Notes: a model not told the origin generated them from the letters alone. Positions 19,829-30,426 are shown, numbered from the stretch's first letter. The stretch is DNA of 64,000 bases from Pseudomonadota bacterium (GCA_026390435.1 JAPLFY010000031.1:184614-248613), one strand, 5' to 3'. Translations and numbers: made by a program.

Positions 19829-21385
19829 ATGCTAATGCAAGAGTTCACAAAACAGCTCGAGCAGCGCAATTTTCCACTCATCTGGCCGGGACAATGGGTT
19901 GCTGGTAAATGGTTGCCGGTAGGGCGCGGATCGACTCAAAAATCTTCGTTTAATCCGAATAACGGCCAAAAACTGATGGATGTACTGGTCGACAAGGAAT
20001 CCATCGGACAAGCCATTGAATTTGCCTATGGCGAAAGAACGTCTATCGCCGCTCTAAACATGTCTGAGCGCATGGACATTTTACAAAAGTTCCGCCAGGC
20101 GTTGGTAGATTACCAACAAACTGCGGAGCTAGTTTTAAGGCTAGAAGCCGGCAAGCCCAAGTGGGAAGCTAGCGAGGACATTAGGAGCAGCGCAAATTAT
20201 CTCGATTGGGTGATCAACCACGGCGAGTCCATGCTCGCAAGTTTAACCACACCGCTTGGGGCCGGTCCCCACCGAGGAGTAAAGGCAGAGCTATTGCCAA
20301 TTGGCGTTACTGCAGCATATCTACCCTTTTCCACACCGATGACCAGTTTTGTTTACTATTTCGCCGCCTCGGTATTAGCTGGCTGCCCGCTGATTCTGAA
20401 TTCATCTACGCACGCCTTATTGAGTTCCCTTCTGATTGCACTACTTGCGCAACAACAAAATATTCCAGCTGCCGTGTTGCAAGTCGTGTTTGGCAACTTC
20501 AGCAGCTTTAAACAGTTAATCGGCGATAAACGCATTAGTGCAGTGCTCTACACTGGATCGCGTGAACATTGTGATCTGATCCGGCAGGAAGCACGCGGTC
20601 AAATGACGCGTCAAACAGTGCTACAGTCAGGCGGGAAAAACGCCGTGATCGTGCATTCTTCAGCTAATATCGACCAGGCAGTTCGATGTGTCCTCTACGG
20701 AGCTCTGAAGACGGCCGGTCAACGCTGCACCTCGACTAGTCGAGTTTTTGTTTATAGGTCGCTACTTAATGAATTCTGCGAGGCTGCTACCTCTGCGTTC
20801 AAATCGGTTAAAATCGGCCGTACCGATGTTGATGACGCGGGTAAGAACGACGACCACATCTTTATGGGTCCGCTCTATTCAGAGAAAGCGCTAGAAAAGT
20901 ATCTGCGCTTTCAAACCATGGCAAACCGAGAAGCGGAAAACACCCTGCTTTGGGGACGAGCCATGAATGAAAGCGACGGCGGCTACTTCGTCTCACCAAG
21001 CCTTCACTATCTAAGTCGATTTGACAATAGCACGGCCTATCAGGGGAATTTATTATTCTCACCCGATGTGGCCATCTATGACTACGATGTGCTCGACACC
21101 GCTATAGAGCAGATAAACACCACCGATGCTGCCTTTGCCGTATCGTTTATCGGTGATCCCTCCGTGCTAGAGGCGCGGCGCAGGATGTTCCTCGCGCCGA
21201 ATCTCATGCTCAATACGCCCACGGTCGAAATTGAAGCTACGCTGCCACTCGGAGGCCGCCTGCAGAGTGGGCATCACCGGTTCCACGGGCCAGGCATTGC
21301 CCTTTATCTGTGTTACCCGCAAGTGGTAGCGCACGATCCGAATGCAGATGAGATGATTAGAACTTGGCCTTGGTCGGGAATTTGA
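19829..21385 (+). CDS. aldehyde dehydrogenase family protein (atypical: Gln in place of general-base Glu)
   Basis: 518 aa. YTGS cofactor motif. Catalytic Cys in AGQRCTSTSR. The usual LELGGK motif reads LQSGGKN. Confidence 0.8.
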   Translation: MLMQEFTKQLEQRNFPLIWPGQWVAGKWLPVGRGSTQKSSFNPNNGQKLMDVLVDKESIGQAIEFAYGERTSIAALNMSERMDILQKFRQALVDYQQTAELVLRLEAGKPKWEASEDIRSSANYLDWVINHGESMLASLTTPLGAGPHRGVKAELLPIGVTAAYLPFSTPMTSFVYYFAASVLAGCPLILNSSTHALLSSLLIALLAQQQNIPAAVLQVVFGNFSSFKQLIGDKRISAVLYTGSREHCDLIRQEARGQMTRQTVLQSGGKNAVIVHSSANIDQAVRCVLYGALKTAGQRCTSTSRVFVYRSLLNEFCEAATSAFKSVKIGRTDVDDAGKNDDHIFMGPLYSEKALEKYLRFQTMANREAENTLLWGRAMNESDGGYFVSPSLHYLSRFDNSTAYQGNLLFSPDVAIYDYDVLDTAIEQINTTDAAFAVSFIGDPSVLEARRRMFLAPNLMLNTPTVEIEATLPLGGRLQSGHHRFHGPGIALYLCYPQVVAHDPNADEMIRTWPWSGI

Positions 21386-21425
21386 TTAACTTTTGGCAGT
21401 CTCGTTACAACCTGAGGACTTGCCA

Positions 21426-23210
21426 ATGACTATCGATGCCACGATTCTAGAGCGCGCTAACTACTGGGCCACTGCCGATGTTTTCGATGCATCGACAAGA
21501 TCTGAGGTAGCCGGATTAATCGCTAGTAATCAGCAAAAAGATCTAACCGACCGTTTTTATCGTGACTTGGAGTTCGGCACCGGGGGCATGAGGGGCATCC
21601 TCGGAGCAGGGACTGCCAGGATGAATATCTATAACGTGCGTAAAGCTAGTGCTGCACTAGCGACTCACATGCAGAAGGTATTTCCTGGCGAGAAGCTAAG
21701 GGTCGCTATATCGCATGATTCCCGTCGTTTTTCGCGTGAATTCGCCAAAGCCACGGCTGAAGTCATGGCGGCTTATGGCATAGAGGCTCTGATCACCCGC
21801 GAGCTACGTCCTGTGCCGATGCTGTCTTTCATGACACGGCATTTCGGCTGTCATGCTGGTGTTTGCGTTACCGCTAGCCACAATCCGCCGGACTACAACG
21901 GCTACAAAGTGTACTGGCAGGATGGCGGTCAACTGGTGCCACCGCACGACAAGGCCATTATCGAGCGCTACAGCGCCATCAAGAACTACAGCGATGTAAA
22001 AATACTCCCTTACGACCAGGCTTTGGCTAAAGGCCTCGTCCGAGAAATCGGCGCAGAACTGGACGAAGCCTACTTCACCAAAGTTTTAGCTCTGTCCCTT
22101 CGGCCAGAAGGTCGCGAAGGCTTCAAGATTGTCTATTCACCGCTGCACGGAGCCGGTCGCTACCCCGTCGTCGAAATGCTAAATCGCTATGGGTTTAAGG
22201 ACGTCACCGTAGTCCCCGAACAGGATAAGCCGGACGGAAACTTTCCAACGGTGGCGTCCCCAAATCCCGAGAATCCCGCTGCTATGGACATGGCTCGCGC
22301 CCTCGGGAGGAAACTTGGAGCAGATTTGGTGCTGGCGACGGACCCCGACTGTGACCGTATCGGCATGGAAATCCTGGTCAACGGTGAGTATGTGCGTCCC
22401 AATGGCAATCAGATAGGCGCCCTCCTCAATCACTATGTGCTCAGCTCACAAAAGGAATTGGGGCGTCTACCCGCCCACCCTCTAGTGATAAAAACCGTAG
22501 TCACTACTGACTTACAGGCAGATTTAGCCAAGGAATTCGGCGCTAGTTGTGATGAGACGCTCACAGGATTCAAATGGATCTGCCAACGGATAGAAGAATA
22601 CGAGACTGGCGCTAGGAAGCCGTACCGGAAATTTGTCTGCGGTGGCGAAGAGAGCTACGGCTTTCTGGCTGACTCCTTCGTTCGCGATAAAGACGCCGTA
22701 ATTTCGTGCTGCCTGGCGGCAGAGATGGTGGCCTATTACAAATCCAAGGGCCAAACCGTGCTCGATGCTCTAGATCAAATGTTCCGAAAACATGGGGTCT
22801 ATCATGAGACTCTGGCTGACTTGACCTTACCGGGCAAAGACGGCGCCGATCAGATCGCCGCGATGATGGCCCGACTGCGTGCTGATCCTCCGCGCGTCAT
22901 CGATGGTATAGCCGTCAAGCTGCTACGTGATTTTGATACCTCACAGATTTTAGCGGCATCAGGAAACGGCTTCACAAAGGCTGAGGACTTACCTTTTCCC
23001 AGGTCTAACGTACTGCAGTTTGAACTCATCGATGGCACCAAGGTTAGCGTCCGACCATCGGGCACCGAACCCAAGATCAAGTTCTACGTATCCGTTAAAG
23101 ACCCCGAGGCTAAAGGCCAAAGTGGGCCGAAACTGGAGCACCTTAAAGCTCAGTGTCGCCAAAGAGCCGAACGGATCGAGGCAATCTTTGTCGCAATGGC
23201 CAAGGCCTGA
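21426..23210 (+). CDS. alpha-D-phosphohexomutase (phosphoglucomutase/phosphomannomutase family)
   Basis: Active-site TASHNPPDYNGYK and sugar-binding GGEESYG. The ORF track starts at TTG 21393. ATG 21426 has a GAGGA SD. Confidence 0.85.
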   Translation: MTIDATILERANYWATADVFDASTRSEVAGLIASNQQKDLTDRFYRDLEFGTGGMRGILGAGTARMNIYNVRKASAALATHMQKVFPGEKLRVAISHDSRRFSREFAKATAEVMAAYGIEALITRELRPVPMLSFMTRHFGCHAGVCVTASHNPPDYNGYKVYWQDGGQLVPPHDKAIIERYSAIKNYSDVKILPYDQALAKGLVREIGAELDEAYFTKVLALSLRPEGREGFKIVYSPLHGAGRYPVVEMLNRYGFKDVTVVPEQDKPDGNFPTVASPNPENPAAMDMARALGRKLGADLVLATDPDCDRIGMEILVNGEYVRPNGNQIGALLNHYVLSSQKELGRLPAHPLVIKTVVTTDLQADLAKEFGASCDETLTGFKWICQRIEEYETGARKPYRKFVCGGEESYGFLADSFVRDKDAVISCCLAAEMVAYYKSKGQTVLDALDQMFRKHGVYHETLADLTLPGKDGADQIAAMMARLRADPPRVIDGIAVKLLRDFDTSQILAASGNGFTKAEDLPFPRSNVLQFELIDGTKVSVRPSGTEPKIKFYVSVKDPEAKGQSGPKLEHLKAQCRQRAERIEAIFVAMAKA

Positions 23211-23276
23211 GCTGACGGATCACCGCTGCCCGAGATAACAAAAGTCATTGAATTTATTGGATAAAAAAACCAATAA

Positions 23277-23305
23277 TTGGGCGGTGCACCAAAGGCACCG
23301 CCCAA
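23277..23305 (+). terminator. strong GC-rich hairpin downstream of the phosphohexomutase gene (terminator-like; no U tract on + strand)
   Basis: TTGGGCGGTGC (23277-23287) / GCACCGCCCAA (23295-23305), 11-bp stem, 7-nt loop. An A-tract precedes it. Confidence 0.5.
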
Positions 23306-23354
23306 CTTAAGCGCGTTATAAACCAACCAGTTTTTCCGCTCTAAACACCCAACG

Positions 23355-23363
23355 TGTTATAAT
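23355..23363 (+). promoter_or_regulatory. extended -10 promoter element TGTTATAAT
   Basis: TGn + TATAAT at 23355-23363, about 70 nt upstream of GTG 23433. No good -35. Confidence 0.4.
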
Positions 23364-23432
23364 TTAAAGCGATTGCTAAAACTCCGAGAGGCCTTGCCAA
23401 TCCTGGCCATTCCTTGGGAAAGGAAGCCCTAC

Positions 23433-24308
23433 GTGCGCTTGCACTATCTTACCAACTCCCTTTTTGCACTTGCCAGCCTAGTGCTGGCTCCGATTGGGAG
23501 CCCGACTGCATTTGCCTATGAAAAGGCCGTAGAAGGCTCCGACGTCGTCAAAGACAAGCTCTTTCCAAAAAAGTCTGCCGTCGAGCTCGATGGTAAATTT
23601 GGGACGGTACTAAACGCCTCATACATTCAAACTTTTTTGCTCAATGGTGGCTTGACCTACTATTGGTCGGAAAATTGGGGCTTTAATCTCGAAGGCATTT
23701 TTGCGGTAAATTCCGACAGAGCTGAACGTGCCTGTATCGAGACCTTTTATAACGACCCCAACTTCAAGATTAGTAGCCAATGTGGGAGCTCAGCCAATCT
23801 GTCTCAAGATGACCTGGGCGATGCCAACTTAGGCCCAGCATACGTGCCGATTCGCGAAATTCAGTACATGGGTGTGGGCAATTTCGTTTGGAATCCAATT
23901 TACGGCAAGCAGCTAGTATTTCTATCTTTTACCACTTACTTCGACTTCTTTGTCAGCTTCGGTGGCGGCCTAGCGATATCCAAGTATTACCCTGAACAGA
24001 CCAGTTTCCTAAATGGCACCCGGCAGCGGGGAGGGCTCTTTTGTACTAAGGCTGGGGCAGCACAGCCTAATGGATGTAGTACAGACACTAATCCAGGCAC
24101 AACTGATGAGAGCCTGGTTGGGATAGCCGGCAGACCGCAGCCATTATCCCAAAACAATATCGTGACGCACTTGTCAGTTGGTCAACGCTTCCACTTTATG
24201 AAGCGGTTTGAACTGCTGGCTTCACTGGATAACTACACCCTAATCGGTACGCCGCAGACCTTTGACACCTACCTCACCTTATATGGTGGGTTAGGGGTGC
24301 GTTTCTAA
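23433..24308 (+). CDS. outer-membrane beta-barrel protein, unknown function
   Basis: The ORF track starts at 23373. GTG 23433 (AAGGAAG SD) gives signal peptide MRLHYLTNSLFALASLVLAPIGSPTAFA. Alternating beta pattern. C-terminal GGLGVRF. Confidence 0.65.
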   Translation: MRLHYLTNSLFALASLVLAPIGSPTAFAYEKAVEGSDVVKDKLFPKKSAVELDGKFGTVLNASYIQTFLLNGGLTYYWSENWGFNLEGIFAVNSDRAERACIETFYNDPNFKISSQCGSSANLSQDDLGDANLGPAYVPIREIQYMGVGNFVWNPIYGKQLVFLSFTTYFDFFVSFGGGLAISKYYPEQTSFLNGTRQRGGLFCTKAGAAQPNGCSTDTNPGTTDESLVGIAGRPQPLSQNNIVTHLSVGQRFHFMKRFELLASLDNYTLIGTPQTFDTYLTLYGGLGVRF

Positions 24309-24332
24309 GCTAGGCGGATCCTCATAAGGCCA

Positions 24333-24395
24333 GATCCTCCGGGCGGCGCAAAAGCGCTACCGCCGGAGATCCACCTACGCTGCTAAGAGCAGCGT
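24333..24395. terminator. two hairpins between convergent genes
   Basis: Imperfect GC-rich hairpin 24333-24371 (CTCCGG/CCGGAG, GCGC/GCGC). Perfect ACGCTGCT-AAG-AGCAGCGT at 24377-24395. Confidence 0.5.
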
Positions 24396-24417
24396 ATCTA
24401 CTACTATCAAACTGATA

Positions 24418-24918
24418 TCAAAATGGAATGTCGTCTAGATTCGGCGTTTCGGGTCCGCCCATGCCGCCATGGTCACCTAGACCCATGTCCATGTCGTAGC
24501 CGCCGCCCATACCGCCGCCCACACCGCCGCCCATGCTGGCACCGCCAGCCGAAGGTGCTGCACCGGGACGCTGCTCGGAACGCTGCGCGCCGCCACCGAC
24601 AAATTGCACATTTTGTGCAACAATTTCGGTCGTATACCTTTTCTGCCCCTGCTTGTCTTCCCAAGCGCGAGTGGACAAACGACCTTCGACCATCACACTG
24701 CGGCCCTTGGCCAGATACTTGGAGCAGTTCTCAGCCTGACGGCCCCAAACTACAATCCGATGCCATTCCGTGAATTCCTGCCGCTGCCCCTCGGGGCTAG
24801 TGCGGTAATCCGTGGTTGCCACACGTAGTGTGCAGACGGCCATTTGGTTCTGGGTGTAGCGAATTTCTGGGTCTTGGCCTAGATTTCCGAGGATAACCAC
24901 GCGATTTAACGACGCCAT
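24418..24918 (-). CDS. ssb: single-stranded DNA-binding protein
   Basis: [24 protein letters not shown]-fold start (ATG 24918; the ORF track extends to 24966). Gly/Met-rich linker. Acidic tip DDIPF. Confidence 0.92.
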   Translation of the reverse strand: MASLNRVVILGNLGQDPEIRYTQNQMAVCTLRVATTDYRTSPEGQRQEFTEWHRIVVWGRQAENCSKYLAKGRSVMVEGRLSTRAWEDKQGQKRYTTEIVAQNVQFVGGGAQRSEQRPGAAPSAGGASMGGGVGGGMGGGYDMDMGLGDHGGMGGPETPNLDDIPF

Positions 24919-25106
24919 GCGTTTCGTACCTTTCTTAGCTTGCGCTGGGCCTGCGGCAGCAGTCATGCGCTGGGGACTGCAAGTTAATACCGGACCAGAC
25001 TCGACGCTAACAAGGTGTTTTTAGCATTTACCGACGGTGTCCGAACGTGACATTGTAAGCTTCGATTATCATTTGCCTCAACATTCGTAACCTAAGAAAA
25101 CTGACA

Positions 25107-26624
25107 TTGATGACAAGAAGCTCGAACACACTGTTATCTGTCTTGCTGACGGCAAGTATCATCTCTTTGACTGCCTGTCGCCACAAAGAAAACTTCCCAC
25201 CTCTAGGCACAAACCTAGCGAGTCCGGTCGACATTGCGAATAGTGAAGATGGTAAATACTTCTACACGCTAAACGCGGATTTTGATCGCAAGTACAACAC
25301 TGGTTCTATTCTGGTAATGAACGATGCCGGAGAAAAGCTGCGTTCCATCGAAGTCCCACGCATGGGTCGCTCACTAAACGTTGTCGGCACGACCATGATC
25401 GCAACGGTCGATTACGGAGCCGAAGCTGGCAACAGCAAACCCCACGTATTCCTCTTCGACTTAAACGACCCGGCGAATCCTGCCCTCAAGGCTGACTTGA
25501 CGGTCGAATGTAGCCCAATTGCTTCCGCCATGAGGAAGAACTACGCATATTTCTCAATTACCTGCTCTAACGGCACTTTGTACGTTGGCAAATTTGGCAG
25601 CGATCTCAGTCAGTCGCAGTTATATAAGGTAAGGCAATTCACCAGGCCGTTCCGCGCAATCTATATCGACTCGAAACGCAACTTGTTGTTAGGATTTCCC
25701 GATCAACCAGATAAACCAACCATCGGTGATATTGAGTTAGTAGACGCCAGCGCCTACAACAAAATAGGCAATCAAACAGGGTCTGAGCCCAATGAAATAC
25801 CCGATCAGTTCGAGCAAACGCGGCGCGCGTGGGCAGACCTTGGTCAACGCCAATCGTATCAATTTTTTGTCTACGACATTGCGGCAGAGGAAAAGAATGC
25901 GCCAAACTGCTCTGTCTCAGCTACCACGCCAACCTGTGATTTCCCGTTTAGAGAATACAATGATGCTGTGTCTCAGGGTGAGTTGCGCTGGTCCTACTTC
26001 CGCTTAAAGGACTATAGCGGCGCTCCAGATGAGAGTACCTACTTCAACAACCCATCCTACAAGTACTACCGCACTAATTTTTATGCGGCGCGACCTGACC
26101 CTGAAGACGCGGATGTTTTTTATCTTTCTCAACGCGGGGCACCAAATAGTAGCCCAAACGCTAATCAAATACTCCGTGTCAGGATCAATGGCGAGCTGCG
26201 ATCGAAGTTAGACACCTCGACCAACAACTATACGTTCAACCCAACTTCGCAAGAATTTAGCTTTGAACGGGTATACGGGTTCAAGGGGCCGCAGGCAAAT
26301 AAGCTCTCTTATCCCGGCGACTTCCGCGTGGTCATGATCGACAATCAAAAAACTGTAGTCGTTAACAACTTCCGCGACCTCGTCAACTGGGTGCGCAGTG
26401 ACGCCACCGGCTCCTACTGGATCGGTGCTAGTTTAGTAGACGACCCGAACTGGTACTCTCAACTCAGCGGACAGCTATCGCCAGCTAGCGACATTCGCAC
26501 GTATTATCAAGTGGCAGTCAATGAAGCGGGCCGTGGTGCTTCCTGCTCGTTTTACGGCAATCAAATCATTTTCTTCGATGTCGTGCCCGGCGTAGCGATC
26601 AATATTATTAATCAAGTCAGGTAA
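25107..26624 (+). CDS. lipoprotein, function unknown
   Basis: 505 aa. Lipobox SLTAC. Beta-rich. No motif recognised. Confidence 0.7.
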   Translation: MMTRSSNTLLSVLLTASIISLTACRHKENFPPLGTNLASPVDIANSEDGKYFYTLNADFDRKYNTGSILVMNDAGEKLRSIEVPRMGRSLNVVGTTMIATVDYGAEAGNSKPHVFLFDLNDPANPALKADLTVECSPIASAMRKNYAYFSITCSNGTLYVGKFGSDLSQSQLYKVRQFTRPFRAIYIDSKRNLLLGFPDQPDKPTIGDIELVDASAYNKIGNQTGSEPNEIPDQFEQTRRAWADLGQRQSYQFFVYDIAAEEKNAPNCSVSATTPTCDFPFREYNDAVSQGELRWSYFRLKDYSGAPDESTYFNNPSYKYYRTNFYAARPDPEDADVFYLSQRGAPNSSPNANQILRVRINGELRSKLDTSTNNYTFNPTSQEFSFERVYGFKGPQANKLSYPGDFRVVMIDNQKTVVVNNFRDLVNWVRSDATGSYWIGASLVDDPNWYSQLSGQLSPASDIRTYYQVAVNEAGRGASCSFYGNQIIFFDVVPGVAINIINQVR

Positions 26625-26632
26625 GTAAGGCC

Positions 26633-29600
26633 ATGCATTTAAAGAAGATCGTCATCGCGGGATTCAAGTCATTTGCTGATAAAATCACGATTAATTTTGA
26701 TCGGGGTATCACCGGCATCGTTGGTCCCAACGGCTCTGGAAAGAGTAACGTAATCGACGCTGTACGCTGGGTGATGGGGGAGCAGAATGCTAAAAACCTC
26801 CGCGGTGAAAAAGCCACAGACATTATCTTCGCGGGCTCTGAACGCCGCAAATCCCTCGGTATGGCTGAAGTATCGCTAGTATTTGACAATACCGATGACG
26901 ATGCTATTTGCCCGCCTGAATATCGTCACGAACCGGAAATAGTCCTGACGCGCCGACTCTATGCAGACGGTCAGCGCGAGTACATGATCAACCGTAAGTC
27001 CTGCCGTCTGAAAGATATAATTGGCTTTTTCGCTACGACAGGACTCGGTGGCCGCAGTTATTCGATGATTCAGCAAGGTCAAGTTGACCGAATCTTGAAT
27101 GCGAAGCCCGAGGACGTACGCGAAATTCTCGAAGAGGCCGCAGGCACAACAGTCTATAAGAAGCGTAAAGAAGAAGCTGAAAAGAAGCTGGTTCAAACGA
27201 ATCTTAATTTATCGCGCGTCGACGACATCCTCACCGAAGTCCAGAAACATCTAGAGACGCTCGAGACTCAGGTAGAGAAAGCTAAAGAATTCAGTGAACA
27301 GAGCGACAAACTGAAAGAGGAAGAAACCAGCCTCCTTGCTCACAACTTTCACCACTTCAGTGATCAGCAACGTACGATCAAAGAACAGCACGAAACCGAC
27401 ATAGCAAAAGAAGCGGAAACGTTGGGCCAGACCGCCAATCTGGAATCCCGTCATACTGAGCTGCAAGGCTTACTCGACGAAGCTGACCCGGAAGTACAGG
27501 CCCTTCAAGAAAAAATCACTATCTCTCGTGAGCGGATTGCCAGCGGCGAGTCGACACTGAAAAGTGCCGGCGAAAGGATCGAGTACGGCACCAAGCGATT
27601 GAATGCAATTGCCGAAGAACTCGCCGAAGACGACGCCAACCTCAAAGTCCTTGAAGGACAAGTAGAAAAATCCCGTAGCGAAGTGAGCACTGCCGAAAAC
27701 AGCGCCCAAGAACTGAACGAGGCAATCTCAAATTTCGAATACGAAGTGGAAAGCGCCAGCGAAGCGGCTCAAGTTTACCAGAGCCGCATGGATGAACATA
27801 CCGACGAAATCCGTAACGTCGAACGCCTGATTGAAAGCAACAAGTTCCGCAGCGAGCAGCTAGACAAAGACCTGACGCGCCATCAACAAGAAGCCGCCCA
27901 GGAAGAAGAGCGCCTGACGCTGCTCAGCGAAGAAATCAAATCTGTTGAAGTAGATTTGCGTGCGGCCGAGGGACGAGCCGGATCCACTCAGGCTGGCCTT
28001 GATCTAGAGATCCGCGAAAAACATGACCGCGAAGCTCAAGTTGCTCAGCGCTACCTGCAAACTAAGGAAGCGAATCAGCTGCGCGACCAGTTAAAAGAAA
28101 AATACCATACAGCTAAAGCACGCTATACTTCATTAGCGGAGCTCGAGGCAGGCACTACTGATGTCACGGGGACTCTGGCAACCCTTAGGGCAAACGAACC
28201 GACACTCGCCCGGTTAACACCCGGTTTGCTGACGGACTTTATCCGCTTCAACTCAGGCGCTCAAGAGCTGCCACCGAAAGCTGCCTCAGCCCTAGAACGC
28301 TGGGCCGAACGTCTGGTGGTACCCGATTTAGGTAAATTTAACGACTTAGTCCGGATCGCCAATAAGCACAGCATCAGCACCTTGCCGGTATGTGTATTAT
28401 CTCATGCCGAAGAAGTAGATAAGGCGGCAGCAGAGCGGTGGTCAGAGTCCACCGGTGCCGAACCACTGAGTAGGTACCTGAGCCTTGAGGGCAAAGCCGA
28501 GTCACTTGGCGGATTAACTCGGATCCTCGACCGCCTGTATTTACTGCCAGCTTTAGTGGTTGGTGATGAAGAATTAGAAAATCTTCCTAGTGGTGCCATC
28601 GTCTTTACGGCACAGGGTGTATCGTTCTCTGACGCAGACGAATTTGTCATCGGCGGCAAGGGCGCTGCCGGCCTGCTTAGCCGCAAGACGGAACTTGAGG
28701 CACTTGCTGCCAAGCTCAAGGAATACGAGGGCGACCTAGGTCGCGCACAAGCCTCGATCGATCATCTTGAATATCAAATCAACCAAGACCGGCAAATCGT
28801 TGCTGAGATAGACGCCAAGCTGCAGCAGCAAAACCGCGGCGTGCTAGAAGTCATGTCGGCACTTCAGGCAGTGCAACAACTGTACGACCGTAAGCAAGAG
28901 CTTATTCAGGCTAGCAATCAGTCTTTAGTGAAAAACCAGGCACAGATCCAAAAGCTCACCGAGGAAAGAGAGGCTCTAACCACCAGCCGCTTCTCCCTCA
29001 ACCGGGAGTTGTCCAGTGCCAAGACCGAGCTCGATACGATCGAGCAAGATGCCGAGGCACTACTTGAACGCAAAGAGGAAGTGAGGCGTCAGCACGACTC
29101 CAAAAAACTTGAGCTGGCACGTTCTGGCGCGAGAGCCCAAGCTCTGCGCGATGGCTTCCTTAACTCCAAAGCCCAGCTCGAATTGCTCCAAAACAAGCTA
29201 TCGCGTCGCTACGACGAACGTTACCGTCTTGAGCAAGATATCACCGTAGCGCGGCAGGAAGAGGAGCAAGCTAGAGCGGCTATCGAGCAATGCATCCGCG
29301 ACCGCGATCAACTCCAAGAAGAATTTTCTGTTCGTCGCGAAGCGAATGCCGGTCTGATTGAAGAAACGCGTGTGATAGATAACCGCCTGAGAACCCTGCG
29401 CGAAGTACACTCAGGCCTGCAGCGCGGTCTTGCCGAGAGGAACGTTCATCTCGAAAGACTACGCATGGCATTGGCCGGAGTCACTGAGCAGGCTCAGGAA
29501 AAATATCACCTAGATTTATCTACGTTCGAATTCACGATCGATCCCGACTTCAATCATGAGAGTCGCAGCCGCTCTGTCTCCCGACTGCGCTCAAAAATTG

Positions 29601-30319
29601 AGGGTATGGGTGCTGTTAATATGATGGCGCTCAAAGAATTTGCGGAAAAGAGTGAACGCCGCGACTTCATCACGAAGCAACGCGATGAAGTACTATCCAG
29701 CATCGATCTCCTAAAGGAGGCGATCACGGAGATTGAGGAAACCTCGCTGCGCAAATTCCTTGGGATCTTCGCTCGCATCAATACTGAGTTTGGCCAGCTC
29801 TTCCCGATCCTGTTCCCAACAGGCGAGGGCAAGTTAGAGCTGACCAATCCAGAGAACCCGATGATTGGTGGCGTCGAAATCATGTGTCGACTTCCCGGCA
29901 AGAGCCAGAAGTCGATGAACCTATTCTCCGGTGGTGAAAAAGCCCTGACGGCAATGGCACTCATATTTGCCCTGTTGCGGACCAAACCGACGCCATATTG
30001 TTTCCTCGATGAGGTTGATGCACCACTCGATGAAGCGAACGTCGGACGCTATAACCGCGTTCTAGAAGCCCTGTCCGATCAGTTTCAATTCATTGTCATC
30101 ACCCATAACAGAAGGACTATGGAAGTGTTGGATGTCCTTTACGGCATCACTATGCAAGAGCCAGGCGTCTCGAAAGTTGTTGGGGTCGACATGCAAAAAG
30201 ATCTGCCAGGTCACCTACGCAAGGCGTTCAAAGAAGACAAGGCAGGAGCGACCGCCGGCCAACCTATGCTAGCCAGTGTGGCTGCTGATCGGCCGATCTC
30301 CGGTGCTACGTCGATTTGA
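26633..30319 (+). CDS. smc: chromosome segregation protein SMC
   Basis: 1228 aa. Walker A GPNGSGKSN. Long coiled coils. Signature FSGGEKALTAMAL. Walker B CFLDEVDAPLD. Confidence 0.95.
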   Translation: MHLKKIVIAGFKSFADKITINFDRGITGIVGPNGSGKSNVIDAVRWVMGEQNAKNLRGEKATDIIFAGSERRKSLGMAEVSLVFDNTDDDAICPPEYRHEPEIVLTRRLYADGQREYMINRKSCRLKDIIGFFATTGLGGRSYSMIQQGQVDRILNAKPEDVREILEEAAGTTVYKKRKEEAEKKLVQTNLNLSRVDDILTEVQKHLETLETQVEKAKEFSEQSDKLKEEETSLLAHNFHHFSDQQRTIKEQHETDIAKEAETLGQTANLESRHTELQGLLDEADPEVQALQEKITISRERIASGESTLKSAGERIEYGTKRLNAIAEELAEDDANLKVLEGQVEKSRSEVSTAENSAQELNEAISNFEYEVESASEAAQVYQSRMDEHTDEIRNVERLIESNKFRSEQLDKDLTRHQQEAAQEEERLTLLSEEIKSVEVDLRAAEGRAGSTQAGLDLEIREKHDREAQVAQRYLQTKEANQLRDQLKEKYHTAKARYTSLAELEAGTTDVTGTLATLRANEPTLARLTPGLLTDFIRFNSGAQELPPKAASALERWAERLVVPDLGKFNDLVRIANKHSISTLPVCVLSHAEEVDKAAAERWSESTGAEPLSRYLSLEGKAESLGGLTRILDRLYLLPALVVGDEELENLPSGAIVFTAQGVSFSDADEFVIGGKGAAGLLSRKTELEALAAKLKEYEGDLGRAQASIDHLEYQINQDRQIVAEIDAKLQQQNRGVLEVMSALQAVQQLYDRKQELIQASNQSLVKNQAQIQKLTEEREALTTSRFSLNRELSSAKTELDTIEQDAEALLERKEEVRRQHDSKKLELARSGARAQALRDGFLNSKAQLELLQNKLSRRYDERYRLEQDITVARQEEEQARAAIEQCIRDRDQLQEEFSVRREANAGLIEETRVIDNRLRTLREVHSGLQRGLAERNVHLERLRMALAGVTEQAQEKYHLDLSTFEFTIDPDFNHESRSRSVSRLRSKIEGMGAVNMMALKEFAEKSERRDFITKQRDEVLSSIDLLKEAITEIEETSLRKFLGIFARINTEFGQLFPILFPTGEGKLELTNPENPMIGGVEIMCRLPGKSQKSMNLFSGGEKALTAMALIFALLRTKPTPYCFLDEVDAPLDEANVGRYNRVLEALSDQFQFIVITHNRRTMEVLDVLYGITMQEPGVSKVVGVDMQKDLPGHLRKAFKEDKAGATAGQPMLASVAADRPISGATSI

Positions 30320-30356
30320 TACCAAAATGGACGATGGTCGATCCTTTGATACCAAA
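30310..30356. repeat. direct repeat GTCGAT(0-2)TTTGATACCAAA x2, 30-bp period
   Basis: TTTGATACCAAA at 30315-30326 and 30345-30356, each preceded by GTCGAT. The first copy overlaps the smc stop. Confidence 0.9.
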
Positions 30357-30373
30357 TTGAGCTAAAATAAAAG

Positions 30374-30407
30374 CTTAGGGCTCGACCGCGAGCCCAAGGC
30401 AGTTTTT
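30374..30407 (+). terminator. probable intrinsic terminator of smc
   Basis: CTT(A)GGGCTCG / CGAGCCCAAG stem with ACCG loop, followed by GCAGTTTTT. Confidence 0.55.
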
Positions 30408-30426
30408 AGTCTCAGCGGAGTCAAGG

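Noticed and set aside
29554-29985. 143-aa antisense ORF inside smc (similar cases at 48803-49231 inside fliO and 42030-42311 opposite sodB)
   Set aside because: They lie opposite strongly supported genes, lack start context, and have off-frame composition.
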